From Prorocentrum cordatum (lineage: Eukaryota), in NCBI GenBank assembly GCA_963575745.1, contig CAUYUJ010000003.1, positions 868,001 to 932,000 of the forward strand: DNA of 64,000 nucleotides. Direction: 5' to 3'. Shown here piece by piece: positions 1 through 13,499 of this stretch (position 1 is its first letter; every line of letters begins with the position of its first letter). Both the position numbers and the translations under genes were made by a program. Under the pieces are notes generated by a model. That model saw only the letters and a program-made list of their open reading frames with translations. It made no database searches and was not told the origin of the DNA.

Positions 1-123
1 GGCCGAAGTGGCCACCAGCATGGCAAGTGCCAAAACAGCCAGTCGCCGTATCTCCTTTAACAATGGCGAATGCGCAATGCGCTGTAATCTGCCGGGGGCT
101 GTATGAATCTTCTTCCGCTCGCG

Positions 124-1470
124 TTATGTGAAGTATTTCCTCTGCGTGCCGAAGTCGGCACCTAAGGCCTTCATGTGTTGTCGGCACCTAATGCCTTCAT
201 GTGCGTGTTGGCCAGGTCGTGATCGGTGGAATCTGGTCGCACGTGAAAGGACTGCGTCTTGGCAACATTGGTACGCGAGGCGGTCACTGTCTCCAGCGGC
301 GCACATTCAAGTTCCACTGCGGCCAAGTCTGCACGCGTCCTCGCCACAATGGCGCAGTCATCCGCATGTCGGGAGCGGCCAAGAGGGGGGTGTCCAGGAG
401 GGGGGGGTGCAAATCATGACTGGCGGCACGTGCGGGGCCCAGCGGGGAGGCCAGGGACGTAATGAAATAAGAAGAGGCGGCATGAGATCAGGGGAAATAT
501 CATGGCCCCCGCCATGATATCCACCCCCCCCTAGTCATCACCCCCCTCTTTTCCGTCCCCGAGCATGCGTGCAGAGGACCGTTCGCGGGCACCTGTCCCA
601 AATGCGCCTCAAAGCTGGCATGCGCGCCGCGGCCACTCCCAGCGCCGAGGCGGAGCCCCCCTGAGGGAGGGAGGGCCCCGCGGAGATCGGCCCCGGAGAT
701 ACGAAAGGACCATTTCCACCGAGCGGGTCTGGTGCTTCCACACATGCAGAATTCTGCTACTGACCGTAGCTGGGACACCCAACTCAGACCAAATCGCCGC
801 GACGAGGGCGGGATCCACCCGGTCAAAGGCGGAAGGGTAACCCCAGCTCTTGACGCACAGGTGGCTGGCGGCATCGTCGCACCACGCCTGCTCTGCGGCA
901 GCGTAACCAGAGCGCCGTTCAGGTGACAGGCGGTTGGCTGCCACAGTTTCCCCCGCTGCAGAAAGGATTGCTTTCGAGAGAGCCTTCAGACTGCGGCCCC
1001 TCATGCCACCCTTTTGGTTGGTTGTGTGGGGAATCTGGCAAGATATTATCCACCAACTGGCGAGTGCGATATCTGTGCCAAGCCCTGACCACGGCGCACG
1101 CCACAGCAATCGGACGCAAACGGTCGATCCGAGCCACGTCCGCGGCCTCGTCTTTGGCAAGATGTACCTGTCGCTGCTGCAGTAAGGCCGGGGGGCATTC
1201 CGATCGTTCGACACACGAATAGAGATTGATCAACTCGTCGAGTGTATAAACCGGCAACAAACATGGTTCGCATGGGGACCACTGGTCGGGGATAGGGAAC
1301 TCCCAACCATCGCCCGGACCATCCCTCGGAACTCGACCGTGCCCGGGGCCAGCGGATCGATCCAGGAACCCACTGTAGTAACCACATCCCGTCATAGATG
1401 GTCCTGTGAATCCTGCTGCGCCCGCGCGTCGCACTGGGCCTGTTCTATATAGTCCCCGTAGAACGCCCAA
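124..1470 (-). pseudogene. Degenerate non-LTR (LINE) reverse transcriptase fragment
   Basis: RT motifs in order across frameshifted minus ORFs: GPGDGW, RLRPIAVACAVVRAW, SAFDRVDP, SLPQGGSAS, VLCT-HADD-CAIV (split by a MITE), MKALGADFG. Confidence 0.8.
369..563. mobile_element. MITE-like insertion with about 50-bp imperfect terminal inverted repeats and CATG target duplication
   Basis: Left end tcgggagcggccaagaggggggtg...aaatcatg matches the reverse complement of the right end (ctcggggacggaaaagaggggggtg...atatcatg). CATG lies at 365-368 and 564-567. Removing the insert rejoins the RT reading frame. Confidence 0.8.
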
Positions 1471-2329
1471 TACCCATCTATGTCATTAACAATGCCCGTC
1501 GCCATACTGTTCCCGTACGTTGTCCACTGCGCCTTGGTCAAAAGATACAGTTTTATTAGTTCATACCGCTACATTGTTGTAGTACCCGACGCCGTCGCGG
1601 ACCCACGCAGCCATGCTCTTGCCCAAACAGTCCGCACCGACGCAATGCGCTCACAACGGCTCTTATCGATGGTCCTGCCCAAGGCAGTCTGCACGGCCAC
1701 TGCTGCACCACCACGGTCGCGAGGCAGCTCTCCGCCCATGACCCTCCATAGGCGTCGCAAATGTCGACTGTGCATGGCTACTGCTGTCGCAGACCCTCTC
1801 ACCCGGCGTGCCGGAGGCTGTCATAGCTGCTGTAAAGGTTGCCGTAATGTTTTTCGTGTTTGGTGTAGGAATCGTCGCCGGGTTCGGCGCACCTCCAAGC
1901 GGTCGAATTCATGTCAGCCCTCGGAGCGGGAGTACCCCTCACCACAAGATCTGGGCAAAATCTTAAGACATCTTCCGCACCAAGTGGGCTCTGTGGATCT
2001 TCATCGCATCCGCATCTTGAGGCATCTGCATCGGAAGAATTCGATGTTCTCTGCGCTGGCATGTCCCAATCATGTCTTCCCATGTTTCCGCGAACTGACT
2101 ATCCGCCGGCCCCCTTGTGGGGCCACCAGGCTGTAGGCCCAGGGTTTGCAGTTCCCTGAACCAGTTCCAATTTCCAGCTTCCACTGTTACAATTCTGTCA
2201 TGTGCTGTTTATTGTTCCTTGTTGATGGACCGCGCGAGGGGGGGGAGCAGAGAAGGAACCTTGCTACCACGCCCGAGTCGCGTGCTCTGAATTCCGGGGG
2301 GGGGGGCGTGGGACAGGTACAAATGTATG

Positions 2330-2820
2330 ACACTCGCGCCCCCGAAGCCATGAAACCCTCGCACATTACACAATACTCGCGTCCCCGAAGCCATCGACCC
2401 TCACGAATTACACCATATTCGCGCCCCCGAAGCCATACACCTTTCCAAAATACATCATTTTCGTGTCCGCGCCACAGAAACCATCAACCCTTGCAAATTA
2501 CGCGATCCTTGCGTCCCCGAGGCAACGAACGCTAGCAAATCATGCAAAATTCGCATCCCATACACCTACGTGAATTACTCAATATGCGCGTCTTCGAAAC
2601 CATAAACCTATATAAATTACGCAATATTTGCGACCCCGAAGCCAGAAACCTTCGCAAATTAAGCCGTAACGGCGTGTCCGAAGCCATAAAGCTGGGCAAA
2701 TTACACAACATTCGCGTCTCCGAAGCCATACACCTGCGTAAATTACGCTATATGTGCGAGCCCGAAGCCATACACCTGCGCAAATTATGCGCTATTCGCG
2801 TATCTGGAGCCAGAAACAAT
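2330..2820. repeat. Degenerate minisatellite, about 42-bp unit, roughly 11 copies
   Basis: Recurrent tcgcg(c/t)ccccgaagccata...aaattac at about 42-bp spacing. Confidence 0.85.
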
Positions 2821-4139
2821 CGAAATACAACACCGAATGCAATATGATCAGAATATCAATTTGTCTTGCCGGTTACGTATCGTCTTCGCGTGAAGTCCCG
2901 ACGCCGCTTCACGGCGGCGCCAATGCCTCATGATTTCGCTCTTGCATTGGCCATTATCCGAGAGAGGGGGCTGGCGGCAAGGGGCGAAGCTCTCACGGAT
3001 GTTAATGGTCCATGCCCGCACGGGCGTAGTCGAGGCCGAAACCTCCACCTTCCCAGGCCGAATCGGTGCCGAGGCCAACCCTTCACTTGCGTTTAGGCTT
3101 ACAGATCCGCTTGCTGATGAGGGTGGCCGGCGCTTGTTCCAGAAGATGTCGTTTCCGGATTTCCGGCGTATTAAGGACCACACCATTTTTTGGGAGCGCT
3201 GTCCGTCGCAATCCCCTGTACCGAATCGTCTTCGCAGGGGCCTCCGGGTGAGCAGTGTGGTGGTGCTCCATCTTGGCTGCGCATGCCTACGCGCACACGG
3301 TGGAAGATGCCTGGCGTATACAACATAGCGGGCATTCCCATGCAGCCTGCTCGGCGGGCAGCTCGCAGGATAGTGTTGGGGCCGGCGTGGATTGTCTGAG
3401 GCGGCCTGCCGCGCTCGTGTTCTCGCCAGCGTGGTTCTTCTTCAGGTGGGCATGAATTGGGGAGCTTGGTGTGACGTACCCCGTTTTTTTCTGAACTTCG
3501 TGGGTTTCCGAAACCAAATTTGTTTGATAGTACGTGTGCACACCGGAACCGTCACAACTTCCCTACACAGTCCGCACGTCCAGGATTGCGTCTCCGAGCC
3601 AGAACTCGATGGACTAGGGACCACTGGCACCGATTTTACCTTGGCCGCAGCTTTGGCCTTCGCCGTTGTGGTCCTCGATCTAGGGCTGGCGGCCGAGCGT
3701 CTGCGTGCAGTGCGCTACAGCGGGGCCAGCCAGGAGTCCACCGACGGCGCCACGGAGCTCTTCTTATTGTTGGGTGCGGGATGGCCTAAACCACCCAACC
3801 AGGAACCCACACTAGAGGCGCAGCTTCGCCCTCCCGTCTGGGACATCTTCTTAATCCTCTCGACGAGCTTGGGTTCAGTAGGTCTCTTGATAGCCTTTTT
3901 GAATTTGTCTATCCCTGGGGAACAAAATATAACAATAACCCTTGTAAAACAAATGTGCGATGCTGGGTTCAATAAAGCTGCTCCGGCCTCGTCTGCGCCA
4001 GTCGGCATCCAAGTAACACGGCCGATCCAGCTCAGGGCATTCGCGGAGTCACCAATGCCCCCCACCCGTGTGTATGTGTAGATGATGTAGATGTGCCTGT
4101 GAAGGCCAGAAGGCCAACCCCGTCGATCCACCGAGTCGA

Positions 4140-5318
4140 CCTCTTGCACGCCGTAAGGTAATCATCCCATGTATATCCCCTCCCTCTGTGGTAGTGTTCA
4201 GCATTTCTTCTGGTCGGCAGGACGATCGGCCTCGCAGGCTCCGTCCAGAGCGGTCTCGAACGCCACGCCCCTGCGCACGCCCACGGAGTCCAGGCAGACC
4301 TGTGCGAAGAGGTCCCTCCCATCAGCCCGCACTTCCCACCCTCTACCCCCGTCTTCCAGTCCAGGGTCTTCTTGCACCAGTCGCGGAAAGAGCGTGTCGG
4401 CGGCCGTCAGCGACATGATCTCCAGTCCAGGTTCCCGAACCAAACCCACTTCACGAGCTTGCAGTTCTCGAGGCAGATGCCAGGGACGCCGTGCAGAGGA
4501 TTGGGCACGCCCTGGGCGGCGAGGAAGGGCCTCAGGCGGCTGGGCAGGAACACTGCGCCGCAGTCCGCCTTCACGACGCAGTCGGCGCTCCTGTACTCTC
4601 CGGCTGCCAGTATCGCCTTCCAGACCTGGGTGTGCAAGCCTGTGTTGACCCAAGAGGCCGTCTCCTTGCGCTTCAGGATGTGGAAATCGCGGTCCACGTC
4701 GTCCACGGCCACGAAGGGAACGCAGGGCTTCAGGTCGTCACCCGCGTCGCTGAAGATGCCCCTTTTCCCACAATCGAAGATTACCATGCCCTTGTCGTAC
4801 GATGCCCTCAGCAAGCCCAGCTCTTCCGGGCGCGGGACGGTGCCATCGCTGCCAGTGTCCGACATTATCTTTACGAAAAAATAATACATCGCACTCCCAG
4901 TCGCCATGGCATCGTCCAGATACATGGGCTCGCGGGCCTTCGGCACTGGCACCGTGCACGCGTAGCCGTCGCTCTTGAAGCAATTCTTCAAGCACTTGGC
5001 CTTGCCAGGCGTATCCGTCACGAAGCAGGTGTAGCCGGCAACGTCGCAGCACGCGGCCTCAAAGCAGTCGTCGGTCGTCGCCGCGCAGTCCTCCCGCCGC
5101 GGCTTCGCCAGCACCTGCAGCAGACTGAGGTCGCGCTCCATCTCGGGCAGGGGGTCGTCGATGAGGCGCCGGGCCACAAAGCCGCCGCCAGCGCAGGCGA
5201 GGCAGGCCACGGCGGCGCCGCCCAGGGCCCGGCGGGTGCTCCACGTGGGCACCGCCTCGGGCAGCGCGTCGCTGCCGCTGCTGAGCTCGGCGTCCCGCGC
5301 GTCGGGGTGCGTTGCCAT
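4140..5318 (-). pseudogene. Intronless, frameshifted type II membrane glycosyltransferase-like gene (Fringe/GT31-like); probable retrocopy
   Basis: ATG at 5318; N-terminal hydrophobic segment (ALGGAAVACLACAGGGFVA); Cys-rich stem; motif ADCVVKADCGAVFLPSRLR (degenerate KxDxD); continues after a frameshift as GLEIMS...GRDLFAQVCLDSVGV...DGACEADRP. Confidence 0.6.
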
Positions 5319-6628
5319 GGCCGCCTGCTGGACTATATGGCTGCGAACGGTGTGGGCTAAAGAGAGGCCACATTTCCAGCTGGGCTTCCCTGGCTGCGCG
5401 ATAGATGGTAAGTATGAGCATGACATGTACACGTCCTGACAAGACAACGCGGTCCAGACAATCCCTCGGGTAGTACGCAGCACCCTGCACTTGCGGAAAA
5501 GAGTGAGGGTGCGCTCCGCCGTCCTCCAGCCGCCCCCATAAGTCGCGCCGAAACGTCTCCCCGAAACGTCGTCACCAGAGGCCGAGTTCCTATCCAGCCA
5601 CGCGCGCGCGGAGAAAATAAGATTGTTCGGGCCCCCTTTTTCTATCCCCCCCCCCCTCGTCCGACCCGATCATGTCCGGCTGACTGCCTCCCCTCGGCGC
5701 AAATACATCACGGCGGGTGGTGCTTGGCAGCCTGCAGCCTCCCGGACAGCCAACAAAAAGTTAGGGATGAAAACCCAGTCCCAGGGAAGAGGTCCAGACC
5801 TCCTGGGGCCCACGTTGCGAGGAAAGCACGACGTCAGAGTCCGTCGCGCGGCGCGCAGAGGGCGGTATGGTAGAGGGGGGAAGGCTTCTTAGAACGAGGC
5901 CTGCCTCTTAGCAGGCGCTGGCCCTGCATGTAAAGGCGAGGCCCTCGCCTTCTAAGAAGCACCCTCCTTCTAAGAAGCCTTCCCCCTTCCCCCTTCCCCC
6001 TGGGGGCACCTGGGTTGACCAGGGAACTACTGTCCCGGCATTCCTATAGTCCTACCACGAAATGCTCGTAGAACCCAGAAATGTTCGACCAACCAAAACA
6101 ATGTTCTTAGACCATTAACCCCATGTGAGAAAACAAGACAGACTCCGCCAGAAATGTTATGAGAACACTTGTTGGAAACCACAAGAGGTTCTTAGAACAG
6201 CGTTTGGTAGGACTACAGGCACGCCAGGACGCTTCGCCACTGCTTGACTGAGCGTCGCAGGGCTGCCTGGTGCAAGTGGGCGCGCGGTGCGCCGGCCAGG
6301 CCGCGGAGGGCACGGAACGACCCTCTGCGCGTGGCCGAGTTCTGGGACGGACCCCCTCGCCGAGCCTGACCTGGCCCATCCTGGGCCCAGGCTCGGTGCC
6401 CAGGCCGACGCGGCCTGGCCAGGGAGGCGGCAAGACCGATCCTGGGCCCAGGGCCCGCCCCGCAGAAATCGGCGAGGTGGTCGGCTGACATCCCCCGAGT
6501 TGAAGGAGGAGCAGCCACTCGGGCCCTCTGCACCCCCGCTCCTCCCGCTCGTCGTGCTCCTCCCGCCCCTCCCGCCCCTCCTGCCCCGCCTCCTTCTCTC
6601 GGGCCTGCCGCCCTCCTCCTGCGCGGGC

Positions 6629-6714
6629 CTGCCGGACCGCACTCCGATGCCGCGGGCCACCGCCGGCCCGAGTGCCAGGGCGGTGAGCACGGCGGCCGCC
6701 AGCCGCCGCAGCAT
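6629..6714 (-). CDS. Possible first exon encoding a signal peptide
   Basis: gccATG start, MLRRLAAAVLTALALGPAVARG is signal-peptide-like, and it ends at a CAG|GC donor. No downstream exons could be assigned. Confidence 0.3.
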
Positions 6715-7719
6715 GGCGACGGGAGCCGGCGGCGGCGGAGCCGCGTGAAGTAGCGTGAAGTGGCGGACCACCGCTGCACAGTCAAGGCCAGCTTGCGTGT
6801 CCCCAAGCAAAGCGGTGAGGGCATTGGATCAGAAACCATCGGATAAGGAAGCCAGGGTCCGGAAGCCCGTGGATCTCCAATCATGGGTGGGCCATGGACA
6901 TCACCGCGGGCAGCGTTTCGTGCCAAAGCGTGGTGGGCCAGAACAGGCGGAGCTACACCGCTACACATTCAAAGCCTAACCGATTTTGCCGATTCCAGAA
7001 ACTCTGAAACCAAAAACCTCGGCATCCCTTCGGAGGCCGACCTTTCCTTCCGTTGGCTTCAGCCGGCCTTCCGCCAGCGGAGCAACCCTTGTTACACTTC
7101 CGTCCGACGCCCTTCCGCCGAGAAAGATACGACAACTTCTTCGATGATCGACGGCCAAGCCCTTTTGGGAACCCGCGCTTCAGGGTTTTAAAGCGCGCCG
7201 AAGGAATTTGGAAGGGTCGGGCCAAGTTTCGCCACGTTGCCGCCCGTGGCCGCTTCGTGTGCTGGGCGGATCTGCGGGGTTTCGCCACGGGGTTTCGCCA
7301 CGTTGCCGCCCGTTGCCGCCTCTAGCTTGCACCACGTATGTTCTATTTTTTACAACGAAAAACAAACAAAAAACAAAAGATGATTCCCCCCCCCCGGGGT
7401 CATCAACTCGGCCTCGCGTGTTGCAGTTTACGTATGATGACGTTGCCTTGCTCATTTTCTCCGATGGGTTCATACCATCCCAGGCGAACCGGCATCCCCC
7501 CCTCATGCCTGTCGAATAACAGCATGCGGCGCACATGCGTTGATCTAAGATGAGCGTGTGGTGCGGATCCCGATCGAATAATATCATGCGGGCCACTTGC
7601 GCGCGTCCGCAGCGCGCGCCAAACGAAACCCTTGTTCAAAACTGTTGTTTTCGTAGCGGTTGCAACATAAAAACATTAGAAATCGAATGGGTTTTCCACA
7701 TGCAAGTTTTCAGAAGATG

Positions 7720-7925
7720 ATCCCGCGCGCTCCTGCGAAGTATTAATCTTAAGGGTACTAAAGGTTTTTCATTGCTCCATACAGTGCTACCGAAAAAAGG
7801 CTTCGCGCGCGCGCATGTCGAAATCGTTCGAACGCCCTTGCGCGCGCCCTGTCGCGAGAACCCTTTGCAACAAATGAAACGCACTGCGCGCGCGTCGCCG
7901 CGCGCATGCCGAAATCTGTCGAACA
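7720..7925 (+). repeat. Dispersed repeat, copy 1 (copy 2 at 55690-55885)
   Basis: Shared blocks ttcgcgcgcgcatgt..aaa.cgttcgaacgcc.ttgcgc, ctgtcgcgagaa.cctttgcaacaaa and gccgaaatctgtc. Confidence 0.75.
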
Positions 7926-10900
7926 ACATTTCGTAATCGAAACTATTTCACAACATACTGTCAAAACCATAAATACAACACACATGGTTTCGCAACATCA
8001 GTTTTCAAACAAAAAATGCGCTCGCGCCTGGCGAATCACTGAGGTACCCATCGTGTTGTTGTTTTTTTCCATACGCGCATGGCATTCTGCCAAGCGGGCC
8101 TCTCGCGCCGCATGCCGAAATCATTCGCACGCCCTTGCGCGCGTGCAGGGGGGGGGTACGATCAATGTAAAACAATACCTTGCGGGCCGCTCTCGTGCGT
8201 CGGCCGCGCGCGCATGCCGAATTCTTTCCAACACCTTTATCACCGACGCGAGGACGCCGTCATCGTCGTCGGCAGCATCGTCGCCATCACTGGCCGCGCC
8301 GTCGTCGTCAACGTTGTCACCAGCATCGCTACTATCATCATCGTGTCTGGCATTGTCGACGTTGCCATGATACCGCGCCCGCCCAAGTCACCGACTCGCA
8401 GTGAAGTTCCCGTTGGGATGTGCCCAGCGGTCAGCGCCACCGCGGCCGCGTCGGTGGCGCCAAGCTAACTGGCCGCTGCGCGCGCGTGCTTGGGTTGGCG
8501 CGGCCGCAAATATGCACCAGCCAACGCCAAGCACTCATCGCAATCGCCACCGCATGGGTTTTGCAAACCAAGTTGCGGGTGGGTGGGTGGGGGTGCTTGC
8601 AAGAGAATGGGATGTGTCAACTGGTTTCTAAAACAACAACTGCACCACATAACCTCACACCACACAGCTTGCACCACGTAGCTTCCACACCCACGCTGCA
8701 ATAACTTTGTGTTAGGGCCTGCACGCTGGCTAGCATGTTTGGATTGCTTCTTCTTAAATATGCCCAGGGAATTGTTTTGCCGCGTTTTGCTCGGAGCGTT
8801 GGGAACCATGTTTTGCTAGCGCGCTTAACACCGTGCCATGGTTTTGCGTTTGTAACTACGTTTCTGGAAGCGTTTTCAAATCAGTGGGCTGCACTGTTTA
8901 GCAGTGCCGTCTACGACGTCCTGAGTTTCTTCTCCTGGCGCGCAATCACCCTTTATACTTCCATTGTCATTATTATTGTTATTATTGCTCTTCTCTTCTC
9001 CTCGTGGCTGGCTGGTCGCGGAAATCCGCGCCCCCCTTTTGCTGCCAAAACCTTCCCTTCCCCTGGTCGCCGGACGCGCCCTCTGGCCCTCTCAGTCCGA
9101 CTGCTCGCCGTTCTCAGGGCCTCTTCTGGGGAGTCAGGCCTCTGGGCCCGATGGCCGGTTGCCCCTCCTGGAACCATCGGGCCTCTGGGCATGTTTCGGG
9201 CCAGTGTTAGACCTGTGTTAAAGCGTCTCTCTTTTCTTGTTTTGCGCTTTTGACTCTGAAAAAGAGAACGGCGGCAGAAACGAAAAAACGGGAACGAAGA
9301 CAGCAGGGAAGACAAGGAACAGCCCTCGACCAGAAAGTAATACATTATTTTCAAATCGTGATCAATAGCGATGGGCCTGTAAACGCTTAAAACATCTTAA
9401 AGCGCTAGCAAAGAAAAACGCCCAGGGCGCTTTTGAGCAGAATTAAGATGTTTGGTGGCGAAGCGAGCCTGCATACCCTGAGCGGGTCACCACAAAATCG
9501 TAACAGAGGGTGGCCTTGTTCCTGCTTTCCTTGACTTTACGGGCTCTGTGTTACCCTGGTCCTTGTCACTTGAAACCCAAATTCTGAGCGCGCAAGGGTG
9601 ACGATGGCGAGGCCGCCGTCGCGACGCCCGTGCGAGACCCGTGGAACTCCGGAGTTGACGGAGGACGGGCCAGCGATTCGAGGATGGCTTCGCGGGGTGT
9701 GCGTTCGGAGCGCTGAGAAGTATAGGCGTCGTGGATCCTACTGGCGGCCTCCTGGAGCCTCTTGGGAGCCCTGGGGCCTCTTGGGAGCGTCTGGGGGCCC
9801 TCGGAGCAGAAGGATGGGCCGTCGATTCGAGGATGCAAGGGTACCCTTGTCAAAGTACTGCAGGTCACCTAACTTCGTGCGCGGCGCCCCGCGATGCGCG
9901 GCCATCTTCGCGCCCTCGCGAGGCCAGCTCAGAAAGTGCAGCCCTCTGGCCCAGGCCGCCACGCGCGAAGCGGACTATCTTCGCGCCCTGGGGGGTGACC
10001 TGTGTACGACGGGTTCGTGTCGAGACAACCTGCTCGTTGGTTTGTGACTCCGCGTGGATTGTTCAACCTTGACCCATCGCGCAAGATCGTTCGATATCGG
10101 GCGATTCTGGGCCACTGGCGGTGGTCAAACTTGAACGTCCGCGCTGGGGTCGCCGCCGCGTCAGCGCGACACGAACGTGACGCTGCCGTAGAAGGGTGCG
10201 CCGAAGAGGGGCGCCAGGAAGAGCGGGGGCTACCACATCATGGCCAGAGGCACGTGCGCGGGCGAGGAATGGCCGGGGAGCGTTTTGAAAGAACCAGGAG
10301 GGTCCATGGCCCCAGGCGTGACGTCCACACACCCCTGGTCCTCACCCTCCTCTGCGACGCCTGGTGGCTTTCGGGTCAAACGTCGGGCCTCTTCGGGCAC
10401 CCCCCAGAAAGCTCTCGACAAGGCGCAGCTGCTGGAAAGCATCCCGAGGTGCAGAAACCTGCAAGAACCAACCAGAGCGTCCCGACGTCCGTGTAGTCGC
10501 CAGCACGACTGAATTGGAAACTTTGCTGGTCGATCATTTGGTGCCCTCTCTGTGTACGGCACTCAATATGCTCATTGCGGCGCTCTTCCCGCTCTTCCTG
10601 CTTCTTGCCCGACACGGTATGGTGTGCTTTCCTTTCTGGTGGGTCGCCAACGCGCCGACATATGACCGTTATTGCATAACGATGCGTTGCGAGTCGTCCT
10701 TTCACTTCAGCCTCACGCGCAAACAAGGCCCCTCTAAGCGCCAACTTAACACTATTGGGCGCCCCCGACGTGGCCGCCCTGACGCCATCTGCGGGCTTTG
10801 ACCGTGCGAGAGAGGGCGCGCAGCGGGCCGCGCGCTGCTCGCGTGGGCGCGTGAGCCGTAGAGGCCGCGCGCGCACCCGTCCGTCGCGAGGGAGGGCTCT

Positions 10901-11496
10901 GCGGGCAGGAGAGGCTTCTTCCCTCTTCTTGAGGAGGACGCGGAGGACGGGGGAGGAGGACCAGTATCGAGCATCGACCTATGCGACAAAGCCGTTGATG
11001 GAAGAATTGCTGCTCAGCCTTGCTGAGCTGCTTCGGCCACAGTCCAGATCCCAACCTGTTCAGATATTCTCGACGGGGTGGCTTCTCACACTTATCACAT
11101 GGAACTTACGAATTCCTGCGGTTCGCAGTTGCCGATCCCCGAAGGCCCCATATACGCAAAACCGAACTCGCAGGGACCGCTCCCGTATCATACTGTGCGT
11201 GCTGTGTACCGACCCCCCTCAGCGGTATGGGGCCGCCCCACAGAAGGAACACGGGCAAACTTACAATCGATGGCATGTGGGACAGCACACTGAGACTTCC
11301 ACCGGAAGTCGGGGGTGAAAAACATATCCGTATCCGCGGCGGCGCGGGCCGGGCCCATGACCGCGACCCCGCTGATACGGGGCCTATCTTCGCAGATTCC
11401 CCGCGCGGGACGTGTCCGTGCGACCGTGTATCCATGAGACCGCGCCCCAGAATCCAGATCGCGAGGGCGCGGATAAGGATATGTTCGCCGCGCGTG

Positions 11497-11571
11497 GGGA
11501 GGAGGAACAGGAGGAGGAGGAGGAGGACGAGGAGGAGGAGGAGGATGAGTCGAAGGAGGAGGAGGAGGAGG
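11497..11571. repeat. (GAG)n microsatellite, left part of the copia-1 target
   Basis: Visible trinucleotide tract. Confidence 0.95.
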
Positions 11572-11807
11572 TGTGGATTACAATGTTTTGCCGTTTTGCC
11601 TGATGCCTCATGCGTGCACGTGTGTATGCATATTGCCGCGTCGCCTTTCCGTGCTGGCTCAGACCAATCTTGTTGACTATCAGGAATCAGCGCGTAGGGG
11701 CACGCTCGTGAAAGGGGATAGCTGCGGGGATAGACAGGTCATCGAGTAGACGGGCAGCAGGGTGTGCCCGTGGCACCAGGATGTGCCACGAGAGTTTGGG
11801 ATTTGCA
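11572..11807 (+). repeat. 5' LTR of copia-1
   Basis: tgtgga...gggatttgca, collinear with 18377-18604; followed by tTGGT at the PBS position. Confidence 0.92.
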
Positions 11808-13499
11808 TTGGTCTTGAACCAGCGTCGAGTTCTCCAGCGAGGACATGGATGGCAGGAATGCTCAAGGTGGACAGGCTGGACAATGGAGGCGCCTCTCGGA
11901 CAAGGGGAATGATGCAGCGTCGGAGTACAGAAGATGGCAACGACGGATCAGGGCGAAGCCGGCCGTAGAGGTTCGACGTGGGCTTCCCCTGGAGGCGCTC
12001 GGCCTGATGGTGCTGACGCTTCTCGACGATGAGGCGGAGAGGGCCTGCGAACACCTGGAGCTGACCGATCTGGAGCAAGAGGGAGGTGCATAACGTATCT
12101 TCCAGGCTCTGGACGAGAGATTCCCAGATAAGGAGGCCAGCGACAGGATTGGCGACTCGCTGGAGAGTGTGTTCGGACTTGCCATCGAGCGTGGAGAGAC
12201 CTCTTCAGCGTACACTGGGCGAGCTCGCACGGTCTTTGCGAAGGCCCAGGAGGAAGGAGGGAAGCTCCCAACGGTGGCGCAAGGCCTTTGTATCCTGAGG
12301 GGAGCGCGACTTGGCGTGAGAGGCGAGCGGTCGTGTTGGCTGCGAGTCAACGACCATGGGGCTTCAACGAGATGTCGGCCGCAAGTCCGGACGGCATACC
12401 CGAAGCAGATGCCGACGCCACAAGTACATGAGGTCACCTCCTGTGATGCGAAGTCGACTGTGTCATCCTGGACACCAGCAGCAGAGGAAGAGCAATCCTT
12501 GGACCAGGGGCTTGAGGTTGAGATCAACGAGCTGCTGGAGGAGGACCCGATCGATGAGGAGGACGCGATCGACGTGTTGGCTACGTGGAAGGAGAAGAGG
12601 GATAACCAAAGAGACGGAGAGGCTTACCAAACAAGGACTCTGCGAACATCAGGCGGCGGAAGGACAAGGTGCGATGCTTCCTGTGCCGGGACGACATGGG
12701 CCACTTCAGCCGGGACTCCCCCAACCGCGGAAAGTCTGGGACCGCGAACCACCGAATGGCCTCAAGCAGCATAGCTCCATGAACCCTCCGTACCAGCAAG
12801 TCATTGCCCAGGTCCTGATGACCCAGAAGACGATGGAGAACGACGGCCCGTGGTCGGAGATGGATGTACTCCTGGCATCGTGGTCGAAAGACGGCAAGGC
12901 TAGTTTGATAGTGAAGTTGACCAACGAGGATAGGTTCCGACGTATGGCGAACTAGAGGCGCGAAGTGGAGCAGGGCGTCGACGCTGACGACATCGATGAG
13001 GCCGAGGGCGAGGATGGCATCATAGAGGCGGAGGCATGTGCGTGTCACGCCCCGGGATGTGGTGCTGTGGACTCGGGCTGTGGCTGGACCTCATAGAATC
13101 GAAGGCACTCCCGGCTTACGAGCAGGAGACCAGCCTCACACCCGAGTGGGAAGAGGACGTCCCAATCATCAGATTTAGCGCAGAAGGCGTGGTGGATCCA
13201 GTGGCTCATCCCGCGGTCAAAAAGCGAATGAAGATCCTGGTCTACGTGATCGAAGGCAGGGCGGGCCTGCTGATCAGCAAGCAGGTGATGAAGATGCTCC
13301 AGGCGAACCTGAACATGAGCGACAACCAGCTGTGGCTAGGACGGCTCAGAGTATCGATACCAGTTCGAGAAGCTGAGGGGAATGGTCAGAATGGCCACTA
13401 CGAGGTTGACCTGCTCTGGCACGAATTCGTGAAGAGTTCCGAGCCGGACACGACCGTGGACGACACGAGGCTGAGGATCGAGGACCTGGAGCCGACTAT

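Noticed and set aside
2330..2820. CRISPR array
   Set aside because: Units are contiguous and degenerate with no unique spacers, and there are no cas genes; it is a minisatellite.
9560..10560. Coding region or transposase
   Set aside because: Overlapping short ORFs with no recognisable motif, partly low-complexity repeat.
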